Source: Eledone cirrhosa
Lineage: Eukaryota
Direction of reading: 5' to 3'
Length of the DNA: 64,000 bases
Assembly: GCA_964016885.1 (NCBI GenBank)
Contig: OZ024752.1
Location: forward strand, 26,598,001 to 26,662,000
The translations under genes were made by a program, and so were the position numbers. A model generated the notes under the pieces. That model had not been told where the DNA came from and ran no database searches. It saw only the letters and a program-made list of their open reading frames with translations. Position 1 is the stretch's first letter. The number at the start of each line of letters is the position of its first letter. This document shows, in pieces, positions 57,747-64,000 of this stretch.

Positions 57747-58910
57747 ACGTAAAATAAGAAAATTTCTTTAAAAAAATTTTTTTTTTTAAAATTAACTTAC
57801 TTACTTAAATTTTCACTCCAACTAATTAGTTTCTGCAATGGGATAAAGACAGTTACGTAATGAACTGTTGAGAATTTCATTGCGTCATCAGGGAGGTCCT
57901 GACTAGCCTCTGTGTCACGTGATTGATTCTTTAGAATCAGCCACATGATCAGTGGCAGTGAGAATTTTCAGTGGCTGGAATCCAGTCCTCGATAGCTGTT
58001 CCAGTTGCCGAATTATTATTATTTTTATATGAGTCCCCAGTGTCCGCGCATCGCCTGGAGACTCGGCTGAGAATGACCTCCCTGATGACGCAATGAAATT
58101 CTCAACAGTTCATTACGTAACTGTCTTTATCCCATTGCAGAAACTAATTAGTTGGAGTGAAAATTTAAGTAAGTAAGTTAATTTAAAAAAAAAAAAAAAC
58201 TTTTTTAAAGAAATTTTCTTATTTTACGTCTTATATATTATTGTTCTGCATTCTCCTGCATTGAACCACCTAGGTACTATGACATAACCCGTGTATTTGC
58301 TGGCATTAGCGTACATCTGTGCGCTTATGTTAGTAGATATATTAAATTATCTATATTTATCTCCAAATCACTGATTTGTCGAGCAAACCTGCCAAAACCA
58401 CTTCTAAATTTTTTTGGGGGTGTTAGTAGGCGTCTGTCATCTTACCATCCCATTCCTACTGACTAGCCTCTGTGTCACGTGATTGATTCTTTAGAATCAG
58501 CCATATGATCAGTGGCAGTGAGAATTTTCAGTGGCTGGAATCCAGTCCTCGATAGCTGTTCCAGTTGCCGAATTATTATTATTTTTATATGAGTCCCCAG
58601 TGTCCTCGCATCGCCTGGAGACTCGGCTGAGAATGACCTCCCTGATGACGCAATGAAATTCTCAACAGTTCATTACGTAACTGTCTTTATCCCATTGCAG
58701 AAACTAATTAGTTGGAGTGAAAATTTAAGTAAGTAAGTTAATTTAAAAAAAAAAAAAAAACTTTTTTAAAGAAATTTTCTTATTTTACATCTTATATATT
58801 ATTGTTCTGCATTCTCCTGCATTGAACCACCTAGGTACTATGACATAACCTGTGTATTTGCTGGCATTAGCGTACATCTGTGCGCTTATGTTAGTAGATA
58901 TATTAAATTA

Positions 58911-58915
<5 letters not shown>
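57743..58915. mobile_element. 560-bp-period repeat (1.8 copies) with inverted 5' fragment, flanked by (AT)n; pLTR-like
   Basis: Direct copies from 57899 and 58459; 57743-57897 is the reverse complement of ~58076-58235. Confidence 0.8.
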
Positions 58916-58968
<53 letters not shown>

Positions 58969-59824
58969 TAAATATATACATATATATTTCGGTGTTGCAC
59001 CCTATTCTCAAATACAAAACAAAAACGATGCGTTCTTCCTTAAGTAGGCCGAGTGTGTTGATTGCGCATGTGAAGAGCAAACATAGAAGCCCATCTGCCC
59101 TCTGCTCCACGTAGGTTTGTTCTATTCTTTATTTGTGGTTTCTGTGTGCTAATGATTAAAATTAGTTTATTCCTATTGTTGGAATAACTTAATTATCTGA
59201 TAAATCTAGGTAGCTTATTAAATATAAATGTTTTCAGAATGATAATACTAAATATCGCAAAGAATCAATGAATTAATTTTCAGAAGTTTTCGAATTTGGA
59301 TCACCAATCTGGAACCCCTATCTTGCTCAGAACATTGAATCCATCAGCCATCTACCATACTCTGAACGCCTTGCTTCCCTGGGCATGGATACATTGAAGT
59401 CCGACGACTGGCAACACCCACAAAATTATTAACCATCATGCCAACAACACCCCTGAGCACCTTTTTGATTTCCATGTGTCTAACACACGTCTACAAAGTC
59501 AGAAAACAGCACAAATCCCATGACGTTCGGACTCATTTTGTCCCGCTCAGAGTTGCTGAAGCATGGAACAAACTACCTGCATCAGTTGTTAGCTGTCGAG
59601 ACACTGCATCTTTTAAAACCTCCATGCTTCCTGAGATTCGCCAACATTACATCTGATATCTCCCCTCCATACACATGCACATATGTATTTCATGACTTAT
59701 ACACTGTTTATTTTCTGATATTTGAACATTATTCTATGTACTATACATTCACCTTTGATGAGTTGTCGTGCACCTGATTACTGTACACAATAATTTCATT
59801 ATCATTATTATTATCATTATTGTT

Positions 59825-62800
59825 ATTCTTTTTCATTATTGTTTCTGAGATATATACCGAGTGTCTTCCTGACACCTAGGGCAAATAAATTCACAGTGTG
59901 CATCGGTAAGCCAGTTAATACAGCACATTGATTATGATTAAAAAAAACAAAAAAAAAAACAGTATACATATATACACATGTGCATATGCATATGTAAATA
60001 CAAGGAGGGTTATCAATCTTATAGAGATAGTGCTCTTCTCAATACGTGTGCAGTACCAGTCAAAACAATTTTTTGCACCTCGTGCTGAGAGAGGGTAAAC
60101 CAGGAATCACTCGCAAATATTGTTTTGTTCCTTTCTTGATCATTCCCAGTCCTCCCACAATCACTGGTATTGTAACGGCTTTGAGGTGCCACATTTTCTC
60201 AATTTCAATAAACAGATCTTTATATTTTCGTAGCTTGTCAAATTCTTTTGCCGCGATATTGTGATCACATGGGATGCTCATATCTATCAACAAACAGACC
60301 TTGTTATGTTGATCTTTTATAATGATGTCAGGTATATTTGCTTTTATGGTCAGTCAGTATATACAGGAAAGTCCCAGAGAATTGTTACTTTTCCTCCTTC
60401 AGTTACAGCCTCAGGGTGATGGTTGTACCACTTGTCTTCAGCTTTGATTTCGTAATGCCGACATATTAACCTGTGTAGATATTGGCCAACTCTGTTATGT
60501 CTATATTTGTATTCTACTGGTGTTAACACTTTACATCCAGAGACTAAGTGATCCATTGTTTCAACCCCAGCATTGCAGCATCGGCACTTTGGGTTTATTC
60601 CGTTTCTCATCACTTTGGCCTGGTAACTACGAGCCAATAAGCTTTGATCTTGGGCAGCTAAGATGAAGCCTTCACTCTCCGCCTTTAGCCCTGAACTAGT
60701 AGCCACTGAACTAGTATCCACATATTCTTTGCTCTCCTTCAAAATAGAATGAAGCTTCTTACTTCTCTCAAGCTTTTCAACAACTTTCAGCATACAGTCG
60801 TTAGTTATTTCAAGGTATGACCAGTTCAATGATGGTGGTCTTGTAAGCAAGTTCAAATTGGATCAGGCCACAGCCTCCCTGAGTTCTAGGAAGGTAAAGA
60901 CGATCCACATCTGCTTTTGGGTGGTGCATCCTATTACAGGTCAGTAGCTTACGGACTTTGGTGTCGATTCTTTTGATTTCACTCATATTCCAGTTCAACA
61001 CACTGAAGCTATAAGTGGCAACTGGGACTGCCAAGGAATTTATGGCTAGCACCTTGTTACGAGCGTTTAGTTCTGATCTCAGAACTGCACGTACTCTCCT
61101 GTAACATTCTTTCCTTATCCTCTTTTTATACTTGCATGCTGTATGCCAGAGCCCTCATTAACCCCTAAGTATTTATAGGTTTGTTCCTGCTCCAGTTCCT
61201 TAATGATCGTTTCAGCATCGAATTCAACTGAGTCTGAGTTGACAAGCTTCCCCTTCTTGAAAGTGGCTTTTGCACACTTGTCAAGTCCAAACTCCATCCT
61301 GATGTCATCGCTAAACGTTTTTACTGTCCGCAAAAGGCCTTCCAGCTCGTCATTATCTTTGCAATATAGCTTCAAATCATCCATATAAAATAGGTGGCTT
61401 ATTTTTTTGTTGTCAATTCTATAACCGTACTCTGTTCTATTAAGCTCGGATGTAAGGGGTATTAAAGCTATGCAGAAAAGCAAGGGTGAAAGTGAGTCAC
61501 CCTGGAATATACCACAGTTGATGTTTATATTCCTAGAGCACAGTACCCCAGTGGAATGAGACAATTGGAGATTGTTGTTCCATAATGACATATTGTGCTT
61601 CAGGAAGTTTGAGATCACAGGTAAGATTTTGAAGATGTCCAGTGATCTCAGAATCCATGAGTGTGGTATGCTGTCAAAGGCTTTTTTATAACCGATTCAT
61701 GCAGAACTGAGATTTCTGTTCATTATGACAATTCTCAAGGATCATACGATTAATCACAAGTTGATCTTTGCAACCATATGAACCTCGTCGGCACCGTTTT
61801 TGTTCAATGGGCAAAAGATTGTTCTCCTCCAAAACCACGTATGCTTTTTCCATGAGAATAGAGGTTAATAGTTTATAAGTGATGGACAAGCAGGTTATGG
61901 GCCGATAGTTTTTTTTATCTTTGGTTTCGTTGTTCTTTGGTAGAAGGTAGGTAATGCCACTTGTTATCCAATCAGGTGTATTTTTTGGATCTTTCATAAT
62001 TCCATTAAACAGCTGGACCAATATATTGTGACTGCACGGGAGTGAGGAAAGCTAGAAATTTGGCACCCTGTCTCTATCAGGAGATTTCCATTTATGAGAT
62101 TTATTGAGTGCTGTCCTTAAGTTCGCTATAGAGGTGTCTTCCCACGCCTGTTCTTCTAAATTTGTGTAGGAATTTTCCAGGCGACTTATCCAATCTACAT
62201 TATTATTATATGTCTTCGCATCACTCCAAATCTTACTCCAGAAGTTTTCAACTTCTTCTATATAATAATAATTTTTTTCCCTACTTCTCTATAAAATGAC
62301 TTGGCATTGGATGAGAACAACTTATTTTGCCTGTAGAAGTTGTTTCGCCTCTCGAATCTACGAATTCTTTGGGCTTTTACTTATTTTGCCTGTAGAAGTT
62401 GTTTCGCTTCTCGAATCTACGAATTCTTTGGGCTTTTACTTGGACTTTTTGATTCAGAGATTCTTTTGTTGAAACTATTGCTTCTCTAGAAGACAGTCCA
62501 TATTTTCTCTTTAGCTTTCTTACCTTCTTGAATCTTATATCATTTCCAGCGGTTAACTCACTCAATAAAGACATTTCTCCTCTCATTACGCCAATCTTCT
62601 TTTCGATTCTACTCCTCCAAATTGCTTTACCTCGAAGGTTCGACTTTTTTTGTTTTTTTTCGTGGTAAACAACTTGTTTCAATTACTCTAGCAGATGCAT
62701 AAATGATTTCATTTAGTTCAGTAAGATCAGGTTCTAGTTCTTCTATGATTTGTTTTGTCAGAATTACCAATCGTATTTGTTTTCTATTTTGGATTGTATT

Positions 62801-63640
62801 TGGGAGTGTTTGAAGTGGTTCTCTATTATTTATACTAGAATGTCTTACTACTACAAGCTCATTCTGTATTTTTTTCTTTAATTCCTTCATAGTCTCCCTG
62901 TGTTCTTCAACAGATGTTTGGTTTTCAATTACTGTTTCTAAGTCCCTCTCCTGGCTATTTTCAGCGGGTTCAATAGGGCTTCTCATTTCTACAAACCTAT
63001 TTGTGATTTGGACAGATGGAGGTCTTTCAGTAAAGACTTGTGACTGGTTACTATCTCCAGGAGATTCTTCAGTTGTTTCATCATTTATATTTATGCCATT
63101 CTCCACAGCCTGCTTGATCGCAGTTAGTTCAGTGTCTGTGAGTCTATTATTTCTGAAGATACACCTCCTTACATTTGCCAACTTATTTACATCCATATCA
63201 CGTCTCCTAGCTTGATTCCGAGTTTTCCAGATTGTGTAGGAGTTTAAAGTGTGTCTGTGTTGTGATGGCTTACCTAATGCATAGTAATATGCATATATTA
63301 CTTCTTTATACTCTTCTCGGGTCCATTTCATCCTTTTAGGTTTTTCTTTTTGAGGTGGTTTGGGTGGTGGATCTGGAGGGCTCGAATTGGGGCAATCACC
63401 GATCAAGTGACCATCCAGGTCCATAATTGGAGAAGAGTTTGTGCCAGAGGAGGACTTTTCGATCTCAGGTTGGCACCTTCCTGTGGGACGCGCTTCCTGA
63501 TTAACCATAGGAAAAGCGATTTGGTATTGTGTATTAATTTTTATTTGTTCATCTCGCAGTACATGCTTGCGTTACGCATGGTATTGGACGTACATGGAAA
63601 GTTGCTCGGCTCTTTGGGTAGTGCATTTGCTGGCTGGCAT
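59825..63640 (-). mobile_element. Decayed near-full-length R4/Dong-clade (RLE) non-LTR retrotransposon
   Basis: RMKWTREE, NYRPITCL, GIFQGDSLSPLLFC, HLFYMDDLKLY, CRCC...ETMDHLVSGC, RHN, PDIII, IDMSIP, KYKDL; TAA-rich flanks. Confidence 0.9.
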
Positions 63641-63664
63641 TGAGATCATTATTACTATTATAAC

Positions 63665-63858
63665 AGGCGGTGAATTGGCAGTATCGGTAGAGGGTCGGAC
63701 GCCATGCTTTGACGCATAGAGTTACGGCCCTTGCCATTCTGAGTTAAAATCCCGCCGAGGTTAACTTTGCCTTTCATCCTTACGGGGTCGATAAAATAAA
63801 GTAGCAGTAAGGTACTGGGTAATTGCTGGCCCTGTGCCAAAAAGTAGAAACAATTATT
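63665..63858 (+). mobile_element. tRNA-derived SINE (near-complete)
   Basis: A-box tggcagtatcgg, B-box-like gagttaaaatcc, core gcctttcatccttacggggtcgataaaataaagta. Confidence 0.88.
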
Positions 63859-64000
63859 ACTATTATAACAGTATAGTTATGGTCATTGCTGTTGTTGATT
63901 GAGGTGATATTGTTATGGTTGCAGTTGTAAGAGGTGTACGAGAATTTTCTCAACTGTTCTTGTGGTGGTGGCAGGGAGATTAATGCTGGGGGTGGTGGTG

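Noticed and set aside
58075-58110. CTGATGA-cgcaat-GAAA in the 560-bp repeat (also at ~58642)
   Set aside because: No convincing stem II, helix I or NUH site could be built; at best a degenerate or permuted ribozyme.

Overview
AT-rich, microsatellite-laden animal genomic DNA. The (AT)n density and the tRNA-derived SINE family suggest a cephalopod such as Octopus (inference). Host content on the minus strand: four frame-consistent 5' exons (signal peptide + VIT domain) of an inter-alpha-trypsin inhibitor heavy chain (ITIH)-like gene at 693-9220. Upstream of it lies what looks like the 3' half of a second, possibly paralogous gene: a Thr-rich mucin exon, nine 12-18 nt microexons in local duplications, and ITIH-C-like exons. 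The introns are packed with retroelements: an intact Tx1/L1-type LINE plus a decayed relative, a CRE-type and an R4/Dong-type RLE LINE, two Penelope-like elements, CR1/RTE fragments, SINEs and hAT elements. The standout signal is about ten unrelated non-coding repeat families carrying type I hammerhead ribozyme motifs. Most are embedded in (AT)n runs, and several occur as near-perfect tandem arrays (593 bp x4.5, 310 bp x5.6) or fold-backs, i.e. retrozyme / Penelope pLTR-like elements. One family has a U3-A8 variant core and lies sense to the host pre-mRNA. All calls were made by eye, with no database searches.
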